A DNA stretch of 58,218 bases, filler included, from Asterionella formosa (taxonomy: Eukaryota), in NCBI GenBank assembly GCA_002256025.1. It is 6 parts of 6 records of this genome, joined end to end, with 100 filler letters (N's around TTAATTAATTAA, not from the genome) between each part and the next. Parts side by side here need not be neighbours in the genome. Positions count along the whole stretch, not along the records: positions 1 to 9,631 come from NKIB01010380.1; positions 9,732 to 19,358 come from NKIB01010390.1; 4 more parts are not named here. One strand, written 5' to 3'. Positions 1-12,038 of the stretch are shown piece after piece (position 1 is the first letter of the stretch; each line of letters begins with the position of its first letter). A model generated the notes under the pieces. The model worked only from the letters and a program-made list of their open reading frames with translations. It was not told the origin of the DNA and searched no databases. The position numbers and the translations under genes are program-made.

Positions 1-677
1 CTAATGAGACATGAAAATTACGAAACCAGAATCACTCTGTTACTATAAATAGACGGCACAGTCTAATGCTTCTTTGTGCATATCGCCTGCTATGCTGCGT
101 TTCAATTGTAGATGTATTACGTTCTTGTTAGAGAGACGATGTTACGGAGAAGTAGATTGTGCTGTTCTATAATGGATGTTGTTTACTAGCTATGATTGAG
201 GTTGTAACACTGACCGATGCTCTGGTGACAAACCCGAAATATTCGTCTTGTGTGATGAGCCATTTCGTTTTCATTGGATTTCTTTTCAAGCTCTTAACGG
301 ATTGCATAGTACGAACATACTGTGCAATGTAGATGATGATTCATCGAAGACATATGATGACTTGAACGAAAAATGAAGATTTTATCACAAAATCTCGTTC
401 CTCTCCTCGACATGGCTGCTTTGTTGTTGTTGCAAGAATCAGAGTGAGGACTGGAGAGGATGATGGGCCAAACCACATTACTTTCACTGGTACATTCTCC
501 TACCAAGAAATTTAAATAAAGGAACCAAAAAGAAAGAATACATATAATAATTAAATTTCCATAGTCAAAAGGGTTACTATTTCAATTATGAGGGCATTTA
601 TCACAATTATTAGATGATATAACGAAATATTATGATCAGATGATCATAATCCTATGATGCATCATGGAAATATGATG

Positions 678-926
678 GTTTTTATTTGCAGACGTCCCCA
701 AGAACCACCTTTCGTGAAAGGTGATCTTCTTAGCCGCAGCGTTTGGGGAAACTCCGACCGCCTAGGAAGGCGGCACAGGCTGCTTGTAGGGGGGCAACCC
801 ACTATTTCTTGCACACCAGGCAAGACCGTGCGGGACAGTAAGGAGTGTGGGAGTCGAACCCAACAATTTCTTCTCAAAAAATAACCTCAGATCAGAGGCA
901 ACGTGATAACACTAAGCCATTCCCTA
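678..926 (-). mobile_element. Candidate tRNA-derived SINE or Pol III structured RNA
   Basis: Minus strand has an A-box-like TGGCTTAGTGT (919-909) and a B-box/T-arm GGGTTCGACTCCC (861-849). A GC-rich body with several stem-loops follows, ending in GCAAATAAAAAC (689-678). The flanks are AT-rich. Confidence 0.5.
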
Positions 927-2337
927 CTAGTATTCTTGGGTACATATATTAAGCTCGATATAGAAAATATCATTGTAAAAGAATAGTTGTAATAACTCTA
1001 ATATTGCCGATAGCGCATTTTTTAAATGAAATTTATAGATTCACTGTTCAAAACAATGATGCTATCAGCAGATTTGACACTTTCACAATTGCTGTACAAC
1101 AACGACTACAAAGATGACTAAAGAATACCATGATTAGTAATTAAAGCAAAAGATGGTGAAACAAGTTATTTATTAGCTTAGACTTGATTGTTTGTATAGA
1201 CGCCGCAAAATGGAGTCTTTGTGAGATGGGAATGATGGAAGCGTGATTTTGATGAGATTTCAAAATTGTTTGCTTACCAGCAAATACCCTGGTACCGGAA
1301 TACTGTTGTATACTATATGTACTCCTAGTCAACAGTCGATACAGTATACCGGTACAGAACATCAGGACCGGTATGCTACTATTATCTTCATTAGTTGACA
1401 GTCGATCTAGTGTATAGTATACAGTCCATGCATGCATAACATGCGCACATACTGTAAATGGATACTAGTAGTTTATGATACTAGTTATATCGGGTTGTTG
1501 CTATGATGATGCTGGCAGTTACGAATTTGCAATCCCAACAACTTTGAAAACCATTGATTAAGATAGGTTGTTTTCATCACTTCGGCTAGAAAAGGAGAAC
1601 AATTTTGAGTTTGGAGAGAATAAATCAATGCAAGCAAGACTTGTTTTGTTTTGCTTTGGGCCACTCCTCTACTACCCCAGCCAGTCATTGTTGTGTTTTC
1701 TTGTCATTGCTTTCCCTGTTTTGAAGAATAAAATTAGGAATAATTATTAAATAGGAGGGGCTACTAGATGGAGAATTATTGGAGGTTGTGCTTCATGTGA
1801 GGCAGTGACCTAAAGGTTGGGTGCAACTATACCAGAACAAAGGGAGTGCATCAGAAGTGGTGATCACCATGCATATGTACAGATGATTATAAAGAGTGAA
1901 TTGATGACGTTTTCTATGTAAATAAACGCCTGCCCTACGTCACCTTATCAATTTCAGCAAAATGACCGCAACTTGCTGGTATATAGGATATCCCGATGCG
2001 AATATTACTGGGGGTATGCATAATGCTTACTATAACTACTCTGTATTATTTTTGAAATCACAACGTTAAACCTCCTGCCGTACATGCTAAGAATCAAAAT
2101 AGAAAACCGTGCGACTTCCAACGGTTTTTTTTGAATTTGCAGAATTTGAACAACAGTACCGGTACAGTATACCTCCACCTGTTGTAACGATGCTGATCAT
2201 GATGGCTGAAACTGGAACTTGTACCAGTTACTGCTGGTTCCTGCTTGTTCATCGTTGCATTTGGCTCCCCAATTCTTCGAATATTTCTTCCATTGCCGAG
2301 CTTGGTTGCTCCTGGAACTCGTCGTGACTATTTGAAA

Positions 2338-4751
2338 ATGGAGGGGTCATTGCTGTTTTCCCCTAGCCTAGAGATCTCTAAAGAGAATGTTCTTCACTCA
2401 ATTTTCTCGCCCACGAATGGAGGGGCAACTCGGCACTACAGGGCTCCCTTTTCTGACGCCACTAATCTTAATGCACTAGGGAGACCCGAGCCACGAAAGA
2501 ATAAGTTCACACCAAGTAAGTCTGACGCAAGCGGGCCCGACCACTTTTTCAATCCAACGCGCCGAACTCCGCTTCTTCAATCCACCATCAAGTGCTCTCA
2601 GGCGTGCAGTCCAGGTACCCATGACATTTTTTTCTCGCCACGAACCTTTCACAGCTCGTCAAGTCCACTTTCAACCATTTCAGCCTTGTCGTACTCAACC
2701 ACAGGTACCTCCTTCCGATCGGTTCCGATTGATATGCTAAGCTTTACCTATGTGACGGAATGCACCTCCGAAGTCGAACTCGAACAGATCATCAATTCAC
2801 TACAAGCGGACAGTCCTGGAAACTACCCTTCTCTCTTAAAAGCTGCTAAGCACCGTTTGGATCTTGCTCGAGCAGGAACTAGTACCCAGGACAAGATATT
2901 GAACGAACGTGACAGTCAATTCTCAACCCTGCACGTTAGTTCTACATCGTCGGAATCGAGTTCAGCGAAAGGAAAACCGGCGATTTTCCGGGTGGACTCA
3001 ACCTCTAAAGGTGACGACGACGTGCAACGGTCAGATGTACCGTCCATTCAACGAAGCTTGGCTTGGAGTCAAACTACACACATCTCCAGTAACTCACAAA
3101 TCGATGAAAGCTCCTTAGTCATGTCTGTGTCCACCACTTTCCTGGAGGAGTTGGAATCAGACGTTGCATCGAAAATCTCGGAACCTCGTCAAAATGCAGT
3201 CAATCCAACTTCTGAACAAATCAACGACCCTAAACACATAATGCCCCAGCCCAGTAGTATTCCCCGTCATATCCCTCCTGTTAGTGGTAAACTCCAAGAG
3301 CAGCTTCAGAAAATGCGAGACGAACGAAGTGCACTCGAACGAAATCTCAAAGATCAAGTTCTTGAGATGAACAGAAAACTAGAGAATCTTGTAAATACAA
3401 AGCAGCGAGAGCAAAGCGTGTTATCAGGGAAACTGAACGAAGTGGAGAAAAAAAAAGCTCAACTGGAGGATGAGGTTGAAATGCTAGAAACTGCGGTACG
3501 AATCGCAGCTGAGAAGGCAAAAGATATTGTGTCGTCGATGACGATGATGAGACATGAAAGCCAATCGCTACGAACCGCTCTCATCGAAGAAAAGGAGAAC
3601 AGAAAAGTAAAGGAGACGCGAGCAATAGAAATCGAAGTAGATCTGCGCGAACAAGTAACACAATTATCAAGCCTCCTCGTACATTCTGAGATTTCTGCCA
3701 AACAGACAAAAGAAATCACAGAGATGACAATGCGTAATGAATTTGATCATGAACGTTTGCAACATAAATTAGCTGCACAAGCGTTGAACCGATGTCTGCA
3801 GGAAGCTCGGTCCATGCTTCAGAATCTAAAGAGCGAACGAAGCTCCATTCTTCATGCCCTTGCCAGTGCTCTAGGAAAAGATACTTCTGAGGTAAGAGTT
3901 CATTAACCATTCTTCCTATCTTGTGCTTTCACGAAAAAAGCCTAAAATGTATCATTTTTCTTCAATTCCAGGTTTCTAAATTCAACTCAGCGAAGCGAAA
4001 CGAAATTGTCAACGAAGTTTCAACAAAACTTGCCTCATCTAAGTCTGCAATCAAGGCCTTTGCAAAGGCACTTGCATGCTCAGAAAACGACTGCAGAGCC
4101 ATGAAAGAAACCAATGCGTCATTGGAATTGAGAATGGCAGACCTAAAATCTCTAAGTAGTCGCCTTGAGCGCGAGAACCTCTTTTTGACAAAGCAAAATC
4201 AACAATTGGCTGAAGAGTTGGAAAACAGTCGACTATGTATCGACAATCTCCTTTTAAAAAATGATATCAATAAAGGATGGAAGCTTCGAGAAGAAGAATA
4301 CAAGAGGACCATTGAGGTGCTAAAGAAACAAATACGGACCAGCGAATCTGTAGTGTCGATTGCTCTTTATCAACAAGCAGTAGGCGAGGCTCGTCAAAAA
4401 GAGTTGAAGTGCAGAGAAAAGGAACAAGAGATTCTCATCCTTCGGTCAAATATAGGGGCGCTGGAGGACTCGCTGAAAAATTCCAAGACCGACTCGAAGT
4501 TTAGATTGCTCAAATTGAACAAAATCAGTCCTACCAATGAGACATGTACTCACGAAAGGGCCAAAGTTGCCCTGTACCAGACTCCAAAAAAAACTTTAGC
4601 CCCAGTACAACCGATGCCTCAACCTTGCTCAACAGGAAAGCAGGCTGTGCGTATAACGGCTGTGAAAGCTGCGGGTGGTCGCGCAGGTCTTTGTGCGAAG
4701 CTGAAGAAAATGCGCCGGTCTCCGACTCACCGCGATGGTGGTAATCATTAA
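2338..4751 (+). CDS. Long coiled-coil protein, 2 exons (2338-3891, 3972-4751), with a SPAG1-N-terminal-like motif
   Basis: ORFs 2245-3906 and 3921-4751 join in frame across an 80-bp phase-0 intron (GTAAGA at 3892 ... TTCCAG at 3971). First ATG is at 2338. The C-terminal half is E/K/Q/L heptad-rich. Confidence 0.8.
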
Positions 4752-5207
4752 AATTCTTGAACGCAAATAGACCCAAGTGTAGAGACTAAGCTAGTGCTGT
4801 TCATGCTGTAACAGTGTGAAATGAATCATAAGAGTTTGTGGAACAAGAAGGTTTTTGTGAAGGCCATAATCTTGGATACTTTTCCATGTTAGAAGATGTT
4901 GCTAGTCTTAAAGCAGTTCTTATCATTTCTTTTCGCATATCACGGAATTTGAAATTTTTTGAAAATGCATCAGCAATGGTAACTCCATTTGAACTGAATT
5001 TCATTCACTCCAAAAGTGTCACTGTATCACTAATTTGTGATCACATTGTATCATGGAGTAACATGGATCTTCAATGGCAAAAGGCTGGCAAAGATCATAT
5101 GTATATCCCTCCAGAATATAATGATGGTCTTGATATCGAGCAAGCAACATAAAATATAATTACCGGTAAACTATATATTATATTAAAAACACACCATTGC
5201 ATGAATC

Positions 5208-6519
5208 ATGTCATCGCCATTTGATTTACTTGATGATAACAATGATGACAGTAGTGATCTTGATTTCTTCTTCCTCTGTCATTTAGCTAAGGAAGCAAAG
5301 GAAAAAGTACACTCATCCAAACAACAAAGGCGACAATGTAAACAGCAGCTTCACTCATCCAAACAACGATGACAACGAAGGCACAAGTGGCACCACGAAA
5401 GAATCTCCTGGCAATCACATTACAAGAAACTCAATCACGAGATTGCTTTCAAGACGACCTACAGAATGTCACACAGAGCATTCAAAAAACTCACCTCCAC
5501 GCTGGAAATTTAGATTGCAGGGAATTATTCCTAATGTGGCACTTCTGAGCCCATAATTCCCGAAATTGTGGTAGCCATTGGTTTGTGATGGTTGGCTGGT
5601 GGCAGTTACATCAACATTTGTCATGCCCACGGTTGTAGCAGTGCTTCACTTTATCGATATCGTGATTTGTTCATTGATGCTGTACTAAACTGTGAAGAAC
5701 TCGAAATTATTTTTCCAGAAGAAAAAGAAGAATTTATCAAATTGGCCTCCAGCTTTGAATGCAAAAGCTCCAAGGGCATGATGAGAGGATGTGTTGGTGC
5801 TATTGACGGTTTCCTAGCCACCATAATCCACCCAACTTTAGTTGAAAGTGGCAACAACCCTGGTTCATTTTTCCGGTCACTACATGACTTGTGGAATCAA
5901 TGTCCAGGCAGTTTGTGATGCTGACTCAAGATTTATTTTTTTGGTGTGATTGCACCGGGAAAATGCAGTGACCAAGTAGCTTTTGAACAAACTTCCATTT
6001 TCGATCGAGTTGCAGCATTCAATACAGGTCTTTATCTGGTCGGCGATGCAGCATACACATTGTCTGATGTAATGCTTGTTCCTTTTGTTGGCTCACAACA
6101 TGATGATCCAACACAGGATACATTTAACTTTTTCCTTTCACAGCTGAGGATAAGAATAGAAATGGCATTTGGTCTTCTTCAGACAAAATGGTGTGTTCTA
6201 AAAAAACCTATCGACAAGCTTCGAAACATCTGCACGCATTCTTGATTCATGTGCTCGACTTTATAACAATGTGATTAATGAGAAGATAATTGATAATGAG
6301 ATTATGGATGATAATCAAATACTTACAGAGATAATTCCAGTCAGTTTGTCACCCCTTGGTTGGGGCTACTTACCAACTGTGGAGCCATTGTGTATATTGC
6401 CTGGAAGCTCCGTGATGCAAGATGTGATTCTTACAAGATTGCAAACATTGGGCTTGCAATGACCTCCTGTGAATATAGAGAGGAAAAGGAAAGAATTACA
6501 TGAAATAAATTTAATGTAG
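5208..6519 (+). pseudogene. Harbinger (HARBI1/DDE_Tnp_4-type) transposase pseudogene
   Basis: Motifs L*WLAGG, GCVGAIDGF, YLVGDAAY and RIRIEMAFGLL (DDE triad) spread over ORF fragments 5592-5918, 5946-6245 and 6271-6462. Multiple in-frame stops and frameshifts. Confidence 0.85.
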
Positions 6520-6549
6520 GCAAATATATATTTTATTCATAAGTTGGAT

Positions 6550-8375
6550 TTAATCTGATGTTTCACTTTCTGAAAGCAGATGAAAATAGTGATCCCGCTT
6601 TCTCTTGCATATCTTAATTTCTAATTGGGCCTGAACTGCATCAGAATTATCGGAGTCATACCCATGATTTTCCAACTCTTCCAAATCCTTTCGAGCATTC
6701 TTGAGACGACTTTTATAGAGATCCAGAACATCTAGGATCTCTTTCTCGCGTCTTGGTGCTGCTGAAGATTGAAGCACTTGAATTTTCACTGCATTTACTC
6801 GTTCAAAACACTCTAATGCATTTGCCATTTGTACCATAGAAGAGGAATGATGGGAATGATGATTGGATGAAGTAGATGAACATTTTCCTTTCTTCGAGCC
6901 GACAGTCTTCGATGATAAGGATGAAGATTTGGTACTATCAGTACTTTCACGGAATGATGATTTTGGAAGCAATGGAACAGCGAAATTGAGAAGGTGAGGA
7001 ACTTGGCACAACCATAAATGGTAGTAATATACATAAGGTCAGCTTCCAACAAAATTAACAAAGTCATCATGACTTCCTGACTTTTTGTTGTTCCTGTATG
7101 CAATTTGGTAATGATAGTTAATGTACCCCATTGCCATAAAAAATTCGACAGAGGACAGAGTATCATACGTCTTTGGGTAACAACTGTCTATCCCCATTTG
7201 TTCCCAATAAGGATCTTGTGAAAAGGCAAGATTATTGCTGTCATCATCTTCATCATCAAGGAATGTAGTTATGAGTCTATCGAAAATGTATTTGTGCCTA
7301 AATTTTCTAATATCCAGTTCAGCCATACTAGTTGGATGCTGACCAAGCATCAACACATCACTTCTGTGTTGCTCACACATGTACACATTGATGACACGAA
7401 AATATGTGTTAGCACAAGTGACACTGCTTGGAGGAGTTGATTTTGCTACTGTAGCCTTTTTCTTTTTTGTTGCCTTCTTTGCAACAGGAGGAGGAAGAGT
7501 CAATGATTTGTCATCGTCATCACTGCTATTTTGCGAATTAAGAACATAGTCAGGGTCTTTGTCTGCTTCATTTTGCTTTTCTTTCTGTGAACAATCAGAG
7601 TCCATATCAACATTGCCACGACTCTTTTCTTCATCTTCAATAATAGATTCATCATTATTGCTGTTGTTGTTGTGGATGCCAATCACTTCATTATAAGTGA
7701 TCATAGTAGAAGGGGGGTATAGTTGACCAACCAGCCAGTCTCTTTTCAGTAAACGGAGAGTTAAGGAAATAGTGAAGTCCTTCTTGTCATTCCTGTACCC
7801 TGACACTTTAAATCTCACGCAAATTTTTCGAAGTACCTTGACAGATATATGTTTTATGTCAATTCCTTTTATATGAATCAATCCCAGCCCACTTTCATCC
7901 AGAACAAAGTCATCTGGTACTATGAGCAAGTTGACAAACTCATCAATACTGGCTAGACAACCGGGAAAGGGTTTCCTCTTTTCAGGGGGACCCATCACGT
8001 CAATGTCAAGAAGTGTACCAGCAGTTGCAGGTACTTTTTTTCAGATGGATCCATCTTTTCAATGTCAAGAAGTGTACCAGCAGTCGTTGCAGGTATTTTA
8101 TTTTCAGATGAATCCATCTCGTCAATGTCAAGTGTACCAGCAGTTGGAGGTATTTTCTGTTCAGGTGGACCCATCTCGTCAATGTCAGTTGGACCAGCAG
8201 TTGGAGGTATTTTCTTTTAAGGTGGACCCATCTCATCAATGTCGGTTGGACCAGCAGTAGACGACTCAACAATATCTTCGACATCCTCATCAGCTACAAG
8301 GCATTGATTCTTTTCCGAAATGGGAATATCGGCAGCATCGGAAGTTTCAGCTGTATCCACTACTTTGCTGCTCAT
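6550..8375 (-). pseudogene. Harbinger accessory ORF2 pseudogene (putative DNA-binding protein)
   Basis: ATG at 8375. ORFs 7039-7998 and 6550-7011 share a frame, split by one TGA (7039-7041). There is a further stop and frameshift in the 5' repeat region. Lies inside the TIRs, convergent with the transposase. Confidence 0.7.
7980..8260 (-). repeat. Coding tandem repeat, about 5 copies of 57-63 bp (TAGPTDIDEMGPPEQKIPP-like unit)
   Basis: Recurrent TCAATGTC...CCAGCAGT units visible on the + strand. Confidence 0.85.
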
Positions 8376-8584
8376 TGCGCCAATTAATCGAGATATACCG
8401 TATACATGGTAGTCGATGTTGGAAGACAGGTATAGAGATAAGTGGACTACTGATTCTTGTTTGACTGATGAAGCTAAAAGGTAGTGTATACAGAGTACCG
8501 TATATATATGACAAAAAATAGTTGGCGCAATATTTAATAGTGTTATGCTTGCGTATTTGCAGTTATTTTATCAGTGCCAACGGA

Positions 8585-8756
8585 GGTGATACACAGTGAT
8601 CAATGGCTGTATCACTGATACAGCATTGGTCAGGGGTCCAAAAACTGTATCAGTGATACACCCATGATACACCAGTGATCAGACCAAAAAAACCATTGGT
8701 GATACACAAAAAAACCAAACCGCCATTTTTGTATCATATTTTGGCGATGATACACC
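8585..8756. repeat. Subterminal TGATACA/TGTATCA motif cluster of the Harbinger element
   Basis: About 9 copies in both orientations next to the right TIR; 2 copies near the left end (~5023, ~5047). Confidence 0.75.
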
Positions 8757-9631
8757 AATGATGACAAATAACAGAATGATAAGAATGGCCCTTACTGAAC
8801 TTGGAAGGTGCAGCCAATTATTTCCAATCTAAGCTAAAATGTTTCAATAGAATTACCATTAGTTAATAATGCGAGCGATAGTGCTGCTGATGTCGTGGTG
8901 CTTCGATCTGCCTGATGAGCGATTGGTGCCTTTTTTTGCCGGATCGTTGTACTATTTGTTTTATTTTTTATCAGCCATACTACCTGGTACCAGGTACCAG
9001 GTGAAGTATCTAACTAGAAGTAGTAGTATTTGTTGAATATATGAGCTTATTTGTTAATCCTTGTGTGTAACTCGTTCTCCAAGTCGACACCAAAGTATAC
9101 AATGAGGGTTAGTCGAGTTCTCTCATTATTGAGTTCTGATACATATATGATATAACACTAACCCTATATACATCTGTATTGATGCGCAAGATCGCTCACT
9201 CTCCCACACCAAGGGAAAACCTTTTACCTTTGAAAAGGTTTGATGTAATGGATATTAATTCGTTCCGTTGTATGCATAGTTTGTTGAAAAGTAACTGTAC
9301 CATAGGATTCGATAGTGATGTAGGAATAACAATACGTCAAGTATCTCCTGGATTCTTTACAAAATACATGAAATGTATATGATGAAAATTGATAGAGGGA
9401 AAATTTAACAGATGTGTTTGGTTTGTTGATTGAGAATGAGATGAGTTGTTTGATTGAGAATCAATTGTATATCCAGCAATTGTCTATCATGTATTGAGTA
9501 ATATTCCAGAGGATATTGAATATTGTCTGCCAAAATTGGATGATTGAGGGAACAGGTAAACAAAGGTTCATCATCTACTTCAATTGAGAAAGTAGAAATG
9601 GATGTTGATGCTGAAGATTTCGGTCCAATAT

Positions 9632-9731
9632 NNNNNNNNNNNNNNNNNNNNNNNNNNNNNNNNNNNNNNNNNNNNTTAATTAATTAANNNNNNNNNNNNN
9701 NNNNNNNNNNNNNNNNNNNNNNNNNNNNNNN
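9632..9731. other. Artificial contig-joining linker (N44-TTAATTAATTAA-N44)
   Basis: Six-frame stop linker flanked by 44 Ns on each side; identical at five positions. Confidence 0.97.
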
Positions 9732-9941
9732 GAGACATGCAATGCTCAACGATGCTCAACAAGTACCAACGGTGCTTTATTTCCAATCTGGCAGGCTATT
9801 GTAATCTCTACAATCAACAATGACTTAATTATGTGTCTACAACATCAACTACTACTACTACGTGTGCTGAATTCTACAGTGTGAATCTTCCTCTTGCATG
9901 TGTTATTCTTTGCCAGTTCAGATCAAAGAAATATGTCGGAG

Positions 9942-10311
9942 CGGAAAAAATAATAAGTGAATCGGAATTGGCGACTCTTTCGTTCATTATATGGTGAAAG
10001 CAGCATAATATTGCGGCAGAGCAGCATAATTTCGCTTTTAAACTGTTGCGATGGCTAGTTGGTCAACATATATTGTCACGAACACACATAATTATTGGTG
10101 TGATCACATAATTATTCGATAAGTGAAATAAATTTTTGTTTAACCCGAATAAATTAGGGAAAAAGTAGCATAATATTTCAAAAAAGTAACATAATATTTT
10201 AGAAAAGTAACATAATATTTTAAAAAAGTAGCATAAATACGTCACTTTACACATAAATTCGAAAAAGTGCCATAAACGGCGTCTTAGATGTGACTATGAT
10301 TATTTTTTCCG
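9942..10311. mobile_element. MITE-like element with 13-bp inverted repeats and an internal 21-bp tandem array
   Basis: CGGAAAAAATAAT (9942-9954) and its exact reverse complement (10299-10311) enclose AAAAGTARCATAATATTTY-type repeats (~10160-10275). No TSD identified. Confidence 0.5.
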
Positions 10312-12038
10312 TTAGTTCCCAGATTTCCGAGTTTCAGCAACTGACAACATCTGCATGTTGTTTGTCTGGTAGTAGAAGCCACACAGACGATACATCCTTT
10401 AAAAGAGCTGGGTCATGGAAGTAGGTGTGTTTCAAGAAAGTCAAGTGGTTGGCAGATAATGCTTTTGGTATTTGTTGCAGAAGCACCAGATCCATGCTGG
10501 GGTACAAAAAACCCTTCAATGTGCAAGGGAAGAAGGAGGAGGCGCCTTGCGAAAGATTCATCATAATCAGTATTTGATATGAGTCCAGGAGATGCTTTGT
10601 CGTGTGGAAGACTTGAGCTTTGTGATCCACAAGTGGATGAGCAATCCTTTGCTGCCAGGAGACAAAGGAGGAGTGCTGTTCCAGTTTTAGCCAACATGTT
10701 GGGAAGGATGAGTGGGTGGTTGTTGGAAGCAAGCAAGCTGGTCATACTATTGCTGGGTCATGAATCATTGAAATCAAGCAACAGTTGATTGCTGATGAGT
10801 TACTCTTCCTGCCTGTTCCATGCCCATCAAGTTTCCTCCCATGCTGGTTCTCCACATTAAATCATCCACTGTTTTTGCTTTTGCAAGTTCCAGCCAGGAA
10901 ACCAACAGGACATGAGTGGAAATAACAATCAACCGTGAGTAATAGCATTGATGGTGCTGTCAAAGTCAACATCATGATTGTAAAACTTACCAACTCCTCA
11001 ATTGAGTACTTGCTTCAGTCAAGAGCCAGAAATGAGGCTTCTATCAAGGCACTGCTGTAACATCAAGGAAGAGTGCAAATGGTGATAAAAGCAATATATA
11101 TATATATTTAGTATTCATCAGTAGTCATAGTCAGTAAAAATCCATTTTGTCGTGCCCCTGGCGTCCGAATCCCATCCGAAAGAAGGACAAATGCTCCGTA
11201 TGATACTACGATACCGTAGTTTATACTATTAAATAGCTCACAATGCATATGCATAGTTTGTGAATTGCCTCAACAAAATGTGGCTATGTATCGGTATGTA
11301 CTCCTACAATCAACCAACATGCAGCACCCAGCCTCGCTCAAAGCCATGGCTGATGAAACCAGGGTCGTTCTCGCAGGTATGAACAGAGACTACCTGGTAC
11401 CTGATACCTCTGGCGTGACCTAATTACCAGGTACTCAGGTACGGAGTGTGTAGCATGCATGGTGCCTCCTGAGCAGTCACTTCCATTGTTAGTAAGTATG
11501 CAGTCTTCTCCTTTTGTCATAAAACCTGGTACTGGTGTTACTTCGAGGAGGACATCTTAACCATGTACCGAAATGCTGTTTCATGCCGCGGGATATGTGT
11601 ATGACTGTCCCAGATGAGGATTGTTACACGGTACCACGTGCGTAACAAATATAAATAGTCTATTTTACATCATAATTACAATTAAATGCATCAGCCATAT
11701 AATTGTGTTGTAACTACATAGGACAGATTGAGATCCCATGATCGTCATCAGCTGGCATCAAATCAATTTCCTACACCAATTGGGCATTTTGCTGTTATTG
11801 TAATTGTTATTGGATCGGCGTTGAATCGAGGGCACCTGGTACCAGGTACCATCACCACAAGTGTATATACGCACAGAACAGCAGATGATAGCAGCCCAAG
11901 AGTCACTGCAAAGATCATTGATACATTGCTGATATACTACTTATTAGAATCAGTTGTTCTGTATTTACAGGCGATCCAAAAGGAAGCAATTCGACGTCTC
12001 TGAATTGATTCTTGCATTTACATTGCTCTGCTCTGAGC

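Larger units (their letters stand above)
4911..8791. mobile_element. PIF/Harbinger DNA transposon, full length, decayed
   Basis: TTA on both flanks (4908-4910, 8792-8794). Imperfect TIRs: AAGCAGTTCTTATCATT vs revcomp GGGCCATTCTTATCATT (13/17 identical). Subterminal TGATACA motifs at both ends. Two convergent ORFs inside. Confidence 0.8.

Noticed and set aside
849..926. Functional tRNA gene
   Set aside because: A- and B-box-like motifs are present, but there is no convincing acceptor stem or anticodon arm, and a T6 run lies between the boxes.
9676..9687. TTAATTAATTAA palindrome recurring every ~9.7 kb
   Set aside because: Synthetic six-frame stop linker embedded in Ns; an assembly artefact.
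10160..10275. CRISPR-like array
   Set aside because: Head-to-tail tandem units without unique spacers, no cas genes, eukaryotic context.
10334..11060. Short ORFs in a CpG-poor tract (similarly 14100-15600 and 54280-55070)
   Set aside because: Probably old TE debris, but I recognise no motif, so nothing is called.
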